A stretch of 64,000 nucleotides of DNA from Cyanophora paradoxa CCMP329 (taxonomy: Eukaryota > Plantae > Glaucophyta): positions 186,001 to 250,000 of the forward strand of contig QPMI01000022.1 in the NCBI GenBank assembly GCA_004431415.1, given 5' to 3'. The notes beneath the pieces were generated by a model. It was not told where the DNA came from. It was given only the letters and a program-made list of their open reading frames with translations, and ran no database searches. Position numbers and translations under genes: made by a program. This document shows, piece after piece, positions 1 through 13,609 of this stretch (positions are counted from its first letter, which is position 1; each line of letters starts with the position of its first letter).

Positions 1-3000
1 GCGCCGGCCGGCTCGCGTCAGTCAGCCCAATACATTGCAACCCCGGCCCGAACTTCTGCCAGCAGAAGCAGATGTAGAGAACGCGCACCAAAACTCGATC
101 GAGGTGGGATTGCCTATAGAGAAAGAGGGCAGAGAGACGTAGCCCTCTCCGCCGCCGAAGTGCGCGCCTGCGGTACGGTGCTGAGTAAGAAAGAACCGCT
201 GCAGAAAGAATGAAAGGGAAATAGCCGTAGCGCGAAATTGAATCGCGAAAAGAGCGAAATTGAGAAACTTAACGTGGCGCGCGAGCGCGTATCATAGTAT
301 TGATAAAAATCAGGCCCCAAAAGAGGGCGCGCGCGTGACCCGAATCTATAGCTACTTATATATATATAATTATAAAATAAATACACAGCCGCGACTCCAA
401 CGAATTCGAAGGCGCCGGGGCCGGAGGCCAGTCGCGGCGAGGCTCAAGCTGATTACGAAGTTTATAACTACTAATTAGAGGGGATACGGTCCCGTGATCG
501 CGCGATTGTGCGGATAAAGTCCGAAGGCCAGGGTCAAGGGCGCGCGCACTGCAGGTGGGCACGGCGGGCATCGCTGCGCAACACGAAGACGTAGTATTAG
601 TTCGATCTCCTAGGCCTGCGCCTGGAGAATCGGAAGCCTGGTAGCGACGACGCGCCTGAGTATGGTGTGCAGCTGCCGCCGCTGCCCGTCGAGACGGAGC
701 CGACGACGGTCCCGTCCCTTCCGTTGCCCGACGCGTCCCGAGCCACGCGTACGCCCGGCTGCCAGAGACGCGTACGGTCTCAGAGTCTCGTCAAGGCCGG
801 GGCGGAGAGCTCGCGAAATTAAATTGAAGGCGCAGAGGCGCACGCCGGGCGCGTCGTCGAAGGGAAGGTGGACGAGGGGCTGGCGCCCGATGTCGCGGCC
901 TGCCGCCAGCGTCTGCACTTCGCTCGACGAGAGCGCAGCTGACCACACGCGGAAGCCTGCGCATGCACAAGCGCCCCGCGCGCTCCGCCGTTGGCACCAT
1001 ATGCAGAGATGAGGCCTCATTTTCACTGTGAGTCAGGGTCACTCGTGGGCGCTGGCGCACCCGCGAGGGATGCATCTTTGAGAGCGAGAACGCCGCCTGG
1101 ATCCTGATAAACCGCCCCGATTAGACGTAGACAGCTCGCTTGCAGTTGCAAGACAATTGCAATATGCAATTAACTTTTATATGTATGGCACGGTTTGCGA
1201 GCAAGCACCCCCGGGGCGGTTCTTCCGACGTAGTTGAAGGGGAGGGTGCCCGGTTCAATGTTCACGGCCATCAACTGCTGCAACCCTGTCTCGCTGTAAA
1301 AGTGGGTGTGGGAGCCGCTCGCGCCGTCCGTCAGGTAAAAGTGCACATCGCCGGCTGCTCCGATCACCGTCACCGCGTGGTACCACCGGTTGAGCTGCAC
1401 GGACAGGCGTTTCAAAGTGGTGCCGGTGCGTGCGATTGGATGCGTATGCACGTTCGCACCGAGAAAGGACCGGTGGCTCTATCAACGTTGTTGGGATTAA
1501 GCTTCACGTGAAAGCCATAGTCAGGATCGTCCACTAACTGGAAATCGTAAGCACGCGTGTGAATTTCGCGATCGAGTGTTGCCCGCGACAGTCCGCGCTC
1601 CGCGCTACTAACGCACATAGCTGTAATCGTTTTTGACTCCAAAGTAGATTTCGTTGTTGTTAAAAATTATAAACTGCTCAAATCATGCTTAGGAAGGGCG
1701 CGACAGCCATGTATTTAGATGCGACGATGCAGCAGCGTGGACGTACCACGGTGCGGGCACTCTCCCGGGGGTACCATCCGTTCGAGAGGTCGAAGAAGCG
1801 CGTCCACTGAGCCTGCAGTCGACCCAGATTGAACCTGGATCCGGGCCGGGCCCGTACGCGTTGATGTAAGCCTTCATACGCGCGCGTTGCAAAATTTCTC
1901 CCACCCGCCCAGACCCCGCGCACTGGCGGCACGGACACGGGAGACCGTTGGACGCACCAGAACTCGAAGGAAATGGGGTTTCCGATGGTGAAGGAGGGCA
2001 GAGAAACATAGCTCTCGCCGCCAAAGTATGCACCTGCCTCGCATCATCATCATGGGGGAATTACAGAAAGCGGAACACGAGTCGCATATGCATGAACATG
2101 ATCTGATCTAAATCCATTTATATTATCTATTTGCCATGATGGGCAGGGAGCCTCCAAGCATCGAACTTTAATATAAACAGCGCTAGTCTAGATCGATTAT
2201 AATTATACATTCCACTGCATGCCAATGCAACTCACTGCACGTAGGCACGGCAGGATTCGCAATCGTGACGGCATTCAAAAGACCTGGCGTCCGGGAGTGG
2301 GGAGTTGCAGTTACGCATGCTGCCGGTGCGCATGCTTGCACAGTGACGAACCGCCATTTGTCGCCGGATAGTGCACGCAGCTGCCGCCATTGCCTGTGAC
2401 GACGGAACCCACAATTGTTCCGTCCCTTCCGTTGCCCGACGCGTCTCGAGCCACCTTAAACTGCAAGAGACGGCCTCGCCATGATCAACGCGCTGTGGAG
2501 ATGTCGGGAGCGCCGCAGAGGCGCACGCCGGCCGGGTCGTCGAAGGGAAGGTGCACGAGGGGCTGGCGCCCGATGCTGCCTCCCTCCGCCAGCGCCCGCA
2601 CCTCGCCCGCCGAGAGCGCCACCGGCCACACGCGAAAACCTGCCCGCCGCCCCGGGCCCCACGGTACCGGTTGGCGGACGCAATCTCAAGTGCGCATAAT
2701 GCAACTGTAATCGAGCACACCGGCCAGATCCACGTTCGTCAAGGACCAAAGGCCGGAGGGGTCCTGCGCTCGCGTTCATGATCGTGCCGAAATCATCAGT
2801 TGCGAGCGCGCACCCCCGGAGAAGTTCTGCCGACGTAGCAGTAGTTGCGCGGCCCGGGCACAATGGTCACGTTTTGCGCCCTCGGCCAGAGGTCTGGTCG
2901 CGAGCCGTCGATGATCTGGGCGTGGGCACCCGTTGTTCCGTCCGTCAGGTAGAAGTGCAGGTCGCCTGCTGCCCCTATCACCGTCACCGCGTGGTACCAG

Positions 3001-6000
3001 CGGCCCACCTGCGCGCGGGCAGCGGGTACCAGATCATGATCGATATCAGCCTTGCACGCGCATGTGCGACAGCGGATCCGATCGAAATGCGATCCATTTG
3101 GAAATTCGGAAATTCTAAATACGGCGTAGGCCTAAGCATAGGCCGAGGCGTACCTCGATGAAGCCGGTGATGCTGGTGCTGGACGCGGAGTAAAATCGCA
3201 CGAGATCCTCGTCTGGGGTTTCCTGTCGGCGGCCCCGGGCCGGGCGCACGCGTGCATGTAAACAGGAGCGCAGCGCCAAAAAGATAAGCGCGTGAGTTCA
3301 TGTAAATAAACCGCGTAAAGGTTGGACGGATTGTGGTCTTCGACCTTGATGTAGAGGTGGTAGGGGTCCGGGGTCGCCACCTCATTCGGGGCGTTCAGAG
3401 CGTTCTGTCGTGCGCCGCGTGCAAAATTATAATATCGATCAGACGGGTGCAAAAACATTCGCCGGCTTGTGCTCTGAAAGCTGCGTGCGGGCTCACCTCG
3501 CCGAGAGCGATTGTCTGCGCGAAAACATGTACATAAGATAGGAAAAACGAGATAGGCTGAGCGGCGCAGAGAGGTCGCCACAGATTGTGCTCACCACTCT
3601 CCTGATAAACAACCCGTCCGAGAAATCGAAGACGCGCGTCCATTGCGGCTGGAGCTGCCCCAGCTTGATCCTGCCCGGCCCGGGGGTGCAACCGTCGGCC
3701 AGGCAGCGCGCGTGCCCGCGGACAGGATAAGAGTGAGCGCACCAGAACTCAAAGGAGACCGGATTGCTGATGGATAAAGGGGGAATAACGACGTAGCTCT
3801 CGCCGCCGCCAAAGTGCGCGCCTGCGGTGCCGATCGCGAGTTAGAATCACGTTCACTTCAATCGCCGCACGAAGGAAAAGTACAAAACATTGCGAAATTG
3901 CGATCAGCAAATTCAAATGTTGACAGAACAAAAACTGATCATAGAAAAAAATCGATCATAGATAATCGGCGCCGATGCGCGCGGCCGAAAATATATATTG
4001 CTTTAGGAAGGCGCCGCGGCCAATTGCAACTTTAACGGCCCGGCCGCGGCGGTCGCGGACGGTGCCGCGGCGAGGCTCACGCTGATCATGAAGTTTAGCT
4101 TAATTATAAGGGGACCCGGCCCCTTCAGCGCGCAATATTAATAGCGCTGACTAAGTCCGAAGGTCAGGGTCAAGGGGCGCGCGCACTGCAGGTGGGCACG
4201 GCGGGCATCGCTGCGCGATACGAAGGACATAATTAATTTGGATCTCCTGCGCCTGGGTAATTCTATCGTGTCGTTGCAAACAGACGCTCACGTCGAATTC
4301 GGAGAACGGTTTCGTACACGTCGGCGCCCGGTTGCCCTGAATAGCTGTTGTGGCGCCGCGCGCGATCGATATCAATTGCAAGCAATATTAATTGCAAGCT
4401 GCAGTTATATATATAAGGGGGGCGGGGCGGGGGCGCGGGGGCCCTGGCCATGGGGGAGGGGCGGGGGGATCGGCGCTTTTCTCACATTCGGCAGTTCCCG
4501 TCGTCGCCGTATCCGCCAAAGTTGAACTGGACGATCGGTGCCATCTCGTCGATGCCGCCAATGGCCACATCACGCGCAGTCGTGTCGCCGGCTGCGCGGT
4601 CGTGTCATGGGAATGAGCGAATGCACATGCGTGCGAAAGCTCTAGGCGGGGGTGCACGCACATGCGGGATCGAAGGAATACGCTTTCGTCGGCCGCGAGC
4701 CGTCCCACTGGTACGTGAAGAAGAGCCCGGAGCAGGTGCCCGCAAGGTGCCCGTACGTGCCTCCCGTCGTCCATCCGAACTCGGCCAGCGAGCGAATGGG
4801 CCGCGGCCGGGCCGCGCTCGGGCTCAGGTCCACCTCCCTGTCAAGAAGGACGGCGGACTGAAATTCAGAGGAATGCGCAGCGCGCGCGCGCGCGCAGCTG
4901 ACAACATGCAAGTTCGCATGCACGTATACGTACAGCAGTGTGTTCGGGCCACCAGTGCCGTAGGTGTCGTATCCTCCGCCATGCATATAAAACCGACTGC
5001 CTGCGGAAGCGTTACTAGAATACAAACACGTGCACCTTCGAAATGCTTTCGCAAGGCATCGCCGAGAGCGCGCCGCGGGGCGTTGTCACATATGTGCGCA
5101 CCGGCGCGCGCGCAGGAAGGGATATAGCGCGCGAATGTGGCCGAGTGGGGTGTCTCCTCCTGCCACTGTGCGCCCGGAGTCGTCGTATCCAAGCTGCGGC
5201 GTTCGCCATCGTAATCGGCATAAGAGATTGAGCTTTTCGCCAATTCTGTAGATTTATGGGCGGACTGCCCTTCAGAATTCGAATTCCCGCGGGCGGGCCC
5301 CGGTCCGGTCTTTAAATCATTATCATGAATTACCTCACAATAGAGCCGACCATCGGCCCGGATTCGCGAACGCCCGTGTAACCTCCAAAAATCTGAAAGG
5401 GCGCGCAGCGCGTCACTATATATTGATCTGCCACAAGTACAAAAAACGCACCCAGAACTTTCCAGCGTAGAAAGTCGCGCCTGCGCTCGCGGGGCCGCAC
5501 AGACAGATTACATATATAAAAATGTATACGCGTGCATGGTTGGGAGCGACTCGGCGACGCACAGTGACCCCGCCGGCCGATGGGGAGGAGGGGCAGGGAT
5601 ACCAGCGTGTTCGTCCCGTAAAGGTACTTGAATCCTTTAGGACTCGCCACAGCGCCCTGGAAACCGTTGATGCCGCCTGCGCTCCGGATGCCGGGAGAAT
5701 ATTAATTCGAACCCGCGGCACCCCGGCCGCTGCCGGCGGGAGCGCAAATTCGATTGCAATGCCTACAGCTAACGTCATCAGTCATGCGTGACTATATAGC
5801 GCATGCGCACCGGCACAGTAGACGGCCGATTCCTGATCCCAGGCGCAAGCGCTGTTGGTAGCGCCGGTGTCGCCAGTGCCAAGATTGTGGTTCAGGCCAG
5901 TCGAGCTCCACGTATTTGTAGCTGCGCATGCAAGCTCAGCCGTCATGATAAGATTAAAATTCAAGCCACCACACTTGATTGATCATGATCGAAAATCGTG

Positions 6001-6432
6001 CAGCATTTACTTCTTATAATAGGTACATCATGGCATGCACGGCACGGGCGGGGCCGGGCGCGCACAAAGATCGAAGATGACGATATCGTTGTAAAAGATC
6101 CACGGGTCAATTGCAAAGTTGGCGCCGCCCACCACGATGAGCTTCCAGGCTCCGTTGTGGCTGTACACGGCGCTCCCGGGACCGCTGCCTCGCCCGCCAA
6201 TGCCGCCCGGCAGTGTAGATGGGCGCTTCACAACTGATTCGATCTCGAGAACCGAGCCCTCCGCTCCGAGCGCGATCGCTGTGAGGACCACCGCAAGGCA
6301 CATGCATATGCATGTGAGGAACTGCAGCTGCAGCTGCGCGTGCGCAGGCCCATGGCCAGCCGCAGGCCTAGACCGCCGCGGAAGCGTTACATGCCTGTAG
6401 CTACGTGCAGTCGACTTGGCCGGCGCCATCAT
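1..6432 (-). CDS. Kelch-repeat + multiple LamG/concanavalin-A-like domain membrane or secreted protein, copy A (multi-exon; 3' end runs off the window)
   Basis: N-terminal hydrophobic segment (CMCLAVVLTAIALGA) followed by GG-containing Kelch-like blades (LIVVGG..FYNDIVIFDL, NTWS, IFGGYTG, RFYMHGGG). At least 3 LamG-like modules follow (AHFGGGESYV..P..I.NP.SFEFW / W.R.FDFS / RWYHAVTVIG..GD.HFYLTDG / YVGR / GFRVW.AALS..EV / LVHLPFDD / DASGNGRDG) at about 3825-2400, 2040-700 and from 170 onward. Exons are flanked by GT/GC...CAG. Confidence 0.7.
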
Positions 6433-6769
6433 GTCAAAAATCGTCGCGCGGCAAGCTTGAGCTAAGGCTGAGGTGCTGCTGCGCATGCTGTCAATTGCAA
6501 CGTTTAACCTACGGCTCCAGCTAGCTATAGCTGGCGCTCTCTTCGAGTGCAGCTCGCTGCTTCCGGCGCCACGTGCACTATAGCTAGCTATAGGTGCTTA
6601 CGGAGCGGAACATGTACAGCTGCGCATGCTGAGCCTGGAGCTCAGGCCTAGGGGAAGCTGGGAATCGATCAAGGGAAGCTGCGCTGAACAGCCCGAATCT
6701 GCAGCTACGTTTATACGGCGCGGCTGCTGTGCGTGCTGGCAGTCGGCGGCGACTCGGCGCGCGCCTGCT

Positions 6770-7020
6770 GCGCGCGCGCGGGATCGATCTAGGCCCGAAG
6801 GGAAGCTGCGCTCGGCGAAGCTGCGGCTGCTGCGCGCGCGGGATCGAGGCGCGCCTCTAGATCTAGCTAGCCTAGTAGCTGCGGATGCGCGGACTCCGGG
6901 ACGGGCGGGATCGAGGCTCATCAAGCTGCCGCTCAGCTGCGGGCCCGGCTGCGGCGCGCGCGCGCGGGATCGGCGGTGCTGCTGCCGCGGTGCTGCGCCG
7001 CCTGCGCGCGGGATCGGCCA
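6770..7020. repeat. Dispersed motif GCGCGCGGGATCG upstream of gene A (about 5 copies; 2 more upstream of gene B near 13167 and 13437)
   Basis: Direct reading at about 6773, 6833, 6905 (partial), 6959 and 7004. Confidence 0.7.
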
Positions 7021-8661
7021 AAGATCGGGAACTCACGTGGCACCGCCGCACCGGGGATACACGCACGGGCGGGCGTCGTGGTGCTCAATGATTGTTCGCA
7101 CCTCTCGATCGGATTGCCGGGTACAAGGCTGCAAGCTCAAATCAGTACCCCAGGCAGAAACGCCATGAATGCGAAAACCAGCTCGATCACGAGTCGCAAG
7201 GACTCGCAAGTTGAGTCGCAAGTTGAGTCGCAAGTTAGGCCCTGAGGACGCGCCGGCGCCGCCAGCGCCGGGCGCAGCCGCGCAGGCCGTATTGCAGTAC
7301 GGTCCGACGGCACGTACGAGGCCCTGAGGGAATCACGCCCTCCGTTCTCGATGTGCGCCCCTCGCAATCTCGATGTGCACCCCGGGCCCTCCGTTCTCGA
7401 TGTACATGTGCGCCCCTCGCAATCGCGGGCCTGGCGCGGCCGCGGGCCGGGCCTGGCCATGGGCCCTATCGATATCGGCGGGCCCGCAACTGGGCGACGG
7501 GCCGGGCCGGGCACGGCGGCCTCTCAGCTCTGCGAAGTAGAAGAAGAGGATGCCTCTTCCGCTTGATTGCATTTCGGGGCACGAATTCGGAACGGATCCC
7601 GGGATTTGCGATGCCCACGTGCACGTACTGTAATTCGGGTAATATTTAAGACCCAAAAATAATTAGTAATCCCAGGGTTTGGTCGGTTTAGTAGGCTGAA
7701 AATAATTAAGAGATAGCCGCGCGGAGCGCTTTAGTAGCGGCCTTTGGAAGGGGGTGGGCGCGCCAGGGGGTCTTGATCTGTTGGAGAGTCCGGAAGCCCC
7801 CTCGCACTATAGCTAGCTTCTCCCGCACTGCAACTTTGGCTGCGCGCGCGGGCTACGTACCCCCCCTCGCACCTCGGTTTAGTATACGATAAAACTTTAG
7901 TACTCAGGCCTCAAAACTTTGGTACTATAAAGATCCAGTATACTAAATATTTCCCGACTTACAGTAGGTGTACACGCAAAGCTTGGGAGCCGTTTAAACT
8001 TGCGGCGCGGCTGATTCCAACACTTCTTCGAGCCGTTGAAGAATTCAACAATATTAATTGCGCTTTTTAAATTTTCTGACAGCACCGCCACAAATCGGGA
8101 CAAATTGCCCCGGCCCCGGACAAATTGCAGTCGACGCCATTTAATTTCCGGGCCTCTAATTAGCATTTCATGATTTGGTACCAGTAAGATACCAGTATTG
8201 TACCAGTTCCGATCTAGATCTTTCTGATTAACAGGTCCGCTCCGAATTCTGATTCTAGAGATATCGATCTAGCCGCATAATTAAGTGGGGGGGTGCGGGG
8301 GGGATCTGCCTTTCTGCTTGTTTTCAATGTACATTTGATGTACAGATCTAGACATATACTCGCGTCTTCCGAATGCCGACCACCGTCAGATATAGTTGTA
8401 GGCAGCTGCGCATGCCGACTTCGAATACGACTGCGCATGCCGACTTCGAATATCCCCCTATAGCTATAGCTACAGGTCCGTTTATAGATCTCGATCGCGA
8501 GTCTCCAAATCCGCTTTCCTCGTGGGCGTCCAATTTCATTCTCTGAAGAGACTGAACAACGGAATGGAACGACGGAACGACGTTCCGACTTAACATCCGG
8601 GCTTCAATCATGATCATGATCAGGCGAAATTTTAAACGGATCTCCGGCGCCGGCGCGATCT

Positions 8662-11600
8662 TCAGGCACTACGGCAGAGACGCGAGGCCATGCGGTAGCC
8701 TTCTGGAATTCGAAGCGATGACGCGCCCGAGTATGGTGTGCAGCTGCCGCCGGCGCCGCTGCCCGTCGAGACGGAGCCGACGACGGTCCCGTCCCTCCCG
8801 TTGCCCGACGCGTCCCGCGCCACGCCCGACTGCCAGAGACGAATTTAAGGCGCAGAGCTTGCGAATTCAAGGCGCCGCAGAGGCGCACGCCGGGTTGGTC
8901 GTCGAATGGAAGGTGCACGAGGGGCTGGCGCCCGATGCTGCCGCCCTCCGCCAGCGTCCGCACCTCGCCCGCCGAGAGCGCCACCGGCCACACGCGGAAG
9001 CCTGCGCAAGTTGAATTTCGAAATTCAAACAATGTCACCTATAGCCTAGGTCTCTAGATCTGACAGCGCTATAGCTAGCGCAAGCGTACCTGACATTTGC
9101 ACGTTCGTCAGACTTAACAGTCCGCCGTCGTCCTGTGCTCGCGGCCAGAGGTCTTTGAATTTTTCTACCCCCTACAATCACGCCCTGCAAACTTTTGCGC
9201 ACCTCTGGCGAGGACCTGCCGATGAAGTTGTGCGTGCGAAGCCCGCTCGCAATTGTCACGTTCGGCGCCGAGCTCTCATCGTGCCGGTTCTGCGGGGCGC
9301 CGGGAACGATGTGTGCGCGGGCGCCCGTCGCGCCGTCCGTCAGGAAGAAGTGAAGGTCGCCAGCCGCGGCCTCTCCGATCGTCGTGACCACGTGGTACCA
9401 CCGTTCGAGCTGCGCGCCGGGCCGGGGCCGCGTAATTATAAGTTGCTGATATAGTAGAAGGGCGCGGAATTCTTTGCACGGCTGCGATGGCAAGGTACAC
9501 TCACGGAGAGGGTTCCAGTGCCGTCAACGCTCGACGCCACGTACAGTTCCACTTGGTCGTGCTCCGGAGTCTACAGGCGGCGCAGGCGTCTACAGGCGGC
9601 GCAGGCGTCTACAGGCGGCGCAGGCGCATGCTCCGGGTCGCAAGATTATAATTTATAATTAATTGCCACGGCCTGTCAGCTCGAGCCCCGAAACTCGCTA
9701 TGCTACGCGCTATGCGCGGCCCGCATTGACCGTACGCGTGCACCATAAGCATGGACGGGTCGCTGATAGCGCCGAAAAAAAGGCGGTCGATTCCTGTCCC
9801 GAAGTCCTGAAAGTCGCACACACAGGCTTCAATCGGCAGCATGCGCAGGCGGGAGACGTTGCGCTCACCGCTAAGTGCATGTACTACGCGTGCAGGCACG
9901 CTCTCGGGTCAGTACCGCGGGAGACGTAAAGATAAACGCTCTGAGGCTCGTTGTTGATTTATGATTAGAAGTACTGTGGCGTACCACATTGTTCGTCAAC
10001 CATGCGTTCGAGAAATCGAATATGCGCGTGTACACCGGCTGGCGCTGGCCCAGCTTGATCCTGACCCCAGCCCAAACGTTTTACTGGGTTATCATAAATA
10101 TCATCTGTCGGCGAATACTTCATCTCATCCCCGCAGCTGCAGCCCGGCAAGCGCGCCGACAGGTCTAGGATCTCGGCAAAACTCGATCGCGACAGATCTA
10201 GTCAAGGATTCAGAGTATCCGGACGCGCACCAGAACTCGACAGACATCGGATTCCCGATGGGGAAAGAGGGCAGGGAGACGTAGCTCGCTCCGCCGCCGA
10301 AGTGTGCGCCTGCGGTGCTGAATAAGAGATTGCTTACAAATTACTGCGAAAATCGCGCTAATGCGAAATCTCGATAAGAAAAACTTAATAACAATGTAGA
10401 ATGAAACAGCGCCGGCCAGCGAACATAGATAATCAGATCTAGATGAAGACTGCGACTATCAAAGAGAGCCTCGGATCCCGGAGCGCGCGCGTACGCCGTA
10501 GTACGCGCGGCCCGAAATCTAGTTCTAAAACAGCCTGGCAGGCATCCGCTTTCAATTGCATGGAAGGCGCCGCGGTCAGGGGCGGCCGTGGATAGCGCCG
10601 GCCGCGGGGCCGGGGGCCGGCCGCGGCGAGGCCCACGCTGATCATAAAGTTAAGCTTAACTGAAAGGGGACCCGGCCCCTTCAGCGCGCAATATTTATAG
10701 CGCTGACTAAGTCCGAAGGTCAGGGTCAAGGGGCGCGCGCACTGCAGGTGGGCACGGCGGGCATCGCTGCGCAACACGAAGACATAATATTAGTTCGATC
10801 TCCTGCGCCTAGAGAATTCTATCGTGTCGTTGCAAGCAGAAGCTTACGTCGAATTCGGAGTCGGGTTTCGTACACGTATCCGGGTGCTATATGTACGCCG
10901 GAATAGCTGTTATGGCACCGCGCGCGATCAACTCGCAATTGGGAAGCAAGCTGCAGTGAGATCGCGGTGGAGGGGGCCATTCTCACATGCGGCAGTTCCC
11001 GTCGTCGCCGAAGGCGCCAAACTGGAAGATCGGAGCCGTTCCATCGATGCCGCCGATGGCCACATCACGCGCAGTCGTATCGTTGGCTGCCAAGAATGGG
11101 CATAAGAGCCTGATTGCCGCAGTGCGAGAGCTGCAGGCAGGGGCGCACCGGGATCGAAAGAATACGCTTTCGTTGGCCGCGAGCCATCGTGTTGGTACAT
11201 GAAGAAGAGGCCAGAGCAGGTGCCCACAATGTGGCCGTACGTGACTCCCGTCGTCCAACCGAACTGGGCCAGCGAGCGGATGGGCCGCGGCCGGGCCACG
11301 CTCGGGCTCAGGTCCACCTCCCTGTCAAGAAGGACGGCGGATTGAGATTAATACTAATATAAAGACGGACGGCGGATTGGGATTAGTATACAGAGGAATG
11401 CGCAGCGCGCGCAGCTGGCAACATGCAAGTGTGCATGCACGCACAGCAGTGTGTTCGGGCCACCAGAGCCGTAGGAGTCGTAGCCTCCCCCATGCATATA
11501 GAACCGGCTGCCTGCGGAAGCGCAATTAAAATGTACGCACGTGCACGTGTGCCTTTTAATTGCTTTTGCAAGGCATTGCCGAGAGCGCGCGTTGTCATAT

Positions 11601-12901
11601 ATATGCGCACCGGCGCGCGCGCAGGAAGGTTGGTAGCGCGCGAATGTGGCCGAGTGGGGCGTCTCCTCCTGCCACTGTGCACCGGCAGTCGTCGTATCCA
11701 AGCTGCGGCGTTCGCGATCGTACTCAGCTGCAGTATAAGCTCGAGCCTTTCGCAGATCCTGGAAACTACTCTGCGGATTGCCCTTCGAATTCCCGTGGTC
11801 GCCGAGTCGGGCCCCGGACCGTTCTTCTAATTACCTTACAATAGAGCCGACCATCGGCCCGGATGGGCGAACGCCCGTGTAACCTCCAAAAATCTGCAAG
11901 GGGCGCGCAGCTCGTCTTTAATGATCTGCCATATGTACAAGCCAAGAAAACGTGCGCTGTGATTACAATCACGCACCCAGAACCTTCCAGCGTAGAAAGT
12001 CGCGCCTGCGCTCACGGGGCCGCCGGGGCCGCACAGACAGGTTATAAAATTTATACGCGTGCATGGTTGGGAGCGACTCGGCGACGCACAGTGACCCCGC
12101 CGGCCGATGGGGAGGAGGGGCAGGGATACCAGCGTGTTCGTTCCGTAAAGGTACTTGAATCCTTTAGGACTCGCCACAGCGCCCTCGAAACCGTTGATGC
12201 CGCCTGCGCTCCGGGGCTCAAATTCAGAATTCGAACCCGTGGCCGCCGCCGGGGGGCGCGCAAATTCGATTTCAACGTCAAACGTTAACGTTATCAGTCA
12301 TGAGCAGCGCACCGGCACAGTATACGGCCGATTCCTGATCCCAGGCGCAAGCGATGGTGGTAGCGCCGGTGTCGCCGGTGCCAAGATTGTGGTTCAGGCC
12401 AGTCGAGCTCCACGTATTCGTGGCTGCGAGCTCGGCCGTCAGGATAAAATACAATTTCAAGCCACCGCAATTTGATAGAAAATCGTGCAACATTAAATTC
12501 TTTATAGCAGGTACATGCACGCGTACGGCACGGGCGGGACGCGTACAAAGATCTAAGATGATGATATCGTTGTAGAAGACCCACGGCTGGCTTGAAAAGT
12601 AGCCGCCGCCCACCACGATGAGCTTCCAGACTCCGCTGTGGTTGAATACGGCGCTTCCCCCGCTGCCCCGCTCGCCGCCAATGCTGCCCGACATTGTCGC
12701 TGGGCGCTTCACAACTGATTCGATCTCCAGAACCGAGCCTTCAGCGCCGATCGCGGCGAACGCGATCACAAGGATCACGGCAAGGCACATGCATACGGCG
12801 CAAGCTCGGAACTGCAGCTGCGCGTGCACAGGCCCAGCCGCAGACCTACACCACCGCGGAAGCGATACATGCATACGTGCAGCCAACTTGGCCGGCGCCA
12901 T
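8662..12901 (-). CDS. Kelch + LamG-like protein, copy B (tandem paralog with a single LamG module)
   Basis: Exon-by-exon similarity to copy A (MAPAKLAAR.., EGSVLEIESVVKRP, ATNTWSSTGLNHNLG, GFKYLYGTNTLVSLP, AHFGGGASYVSLPSFPIGNPMSVEFW, RWYHVVTTIG, GFRVWPVALS). Probable stop near 8662 (alternative 8604). Confidence 0.68.
9569..9627. repeat. 19-bp tandem repeat x3 (gtctacaggcggcgcaggc) overlapping a splice acceptor of gene B
   Basis: Three consecutive copies. On the minus strand each contains cctgTAG, and the last precedes exon TPEHDQVELY. Confidence 0.8.
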
Positions 12902-13609
12902 GTCAAAAATCGTCGCGCGGCCGCGGCAAGCTAGGATTGAGGTGCTGCTGCTGTCAATTGCAGCCTGCAGCTGCAGCTGGCGCTCCCTTCGAATTCAGTT
13001 CGCTGCTTCAGGCGCCACGTGCCTATAACTGGCTACAGCTGTAGGTGCTTACGGAGCGGAGCAGCTGCTGAGCTCCCAGACTGCAGCTGAGAGTCCGCTG
13101 AACAGCCTGCTGATACCCTGACGTCTCAGTGATCATGAAGCTCAAGCTTAAGCTGCGGCTGCTGCTGCGCGCGGGATCGACTCGGCGATCTCGGCGATGA
13201 TATCGATCGATCGCGACGCCGCGCGCGCACAGCGCCGCACACTGCATGTGCGTCTAGATCTGTACATGTGACAGGCTGACAGCCCGCGGCCGTGAGAAAA
13301 CGTTAACCAGCCCGCGTTTTCAACTAGGCGCGGCCGCGCGGTTAATATCAGTTGTTAACTGCCGAATCTGCCAAATTCAATATTAATGATTGCGAAGATC
13401 GCGTATCCGCAAGCTTCGGTACGCGCGCGCGCCGCGGCGCGCGGGATCGATCGCGTCGTCAATGATCGCGAGGATCTACATCTAGATCTAGCCATTGAGT
13501 CTCGATCGCGATCGACTCGGCGAATCGACGGCGATTCGAATTCGGCCGATTGGGCGCCGGCGGGCGGCGGGCGCCTTGTGTGCTCAATGATTGTTTGAAC
13601 GCTCAGATG

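Noticed and set aside
3745-3825. Suspected frameshift in a LamG exon of gene A
   Set aside because: Recounting gives VVIPPLSISNPVSFEFW, in frame with the paralogs.
7200-8030. Block unique to the region upstream of gene A, considered as a transposon
   Set aside because: Only short internal duplications; no terminal repeats, TSD or transposase coding sequence could be identified.
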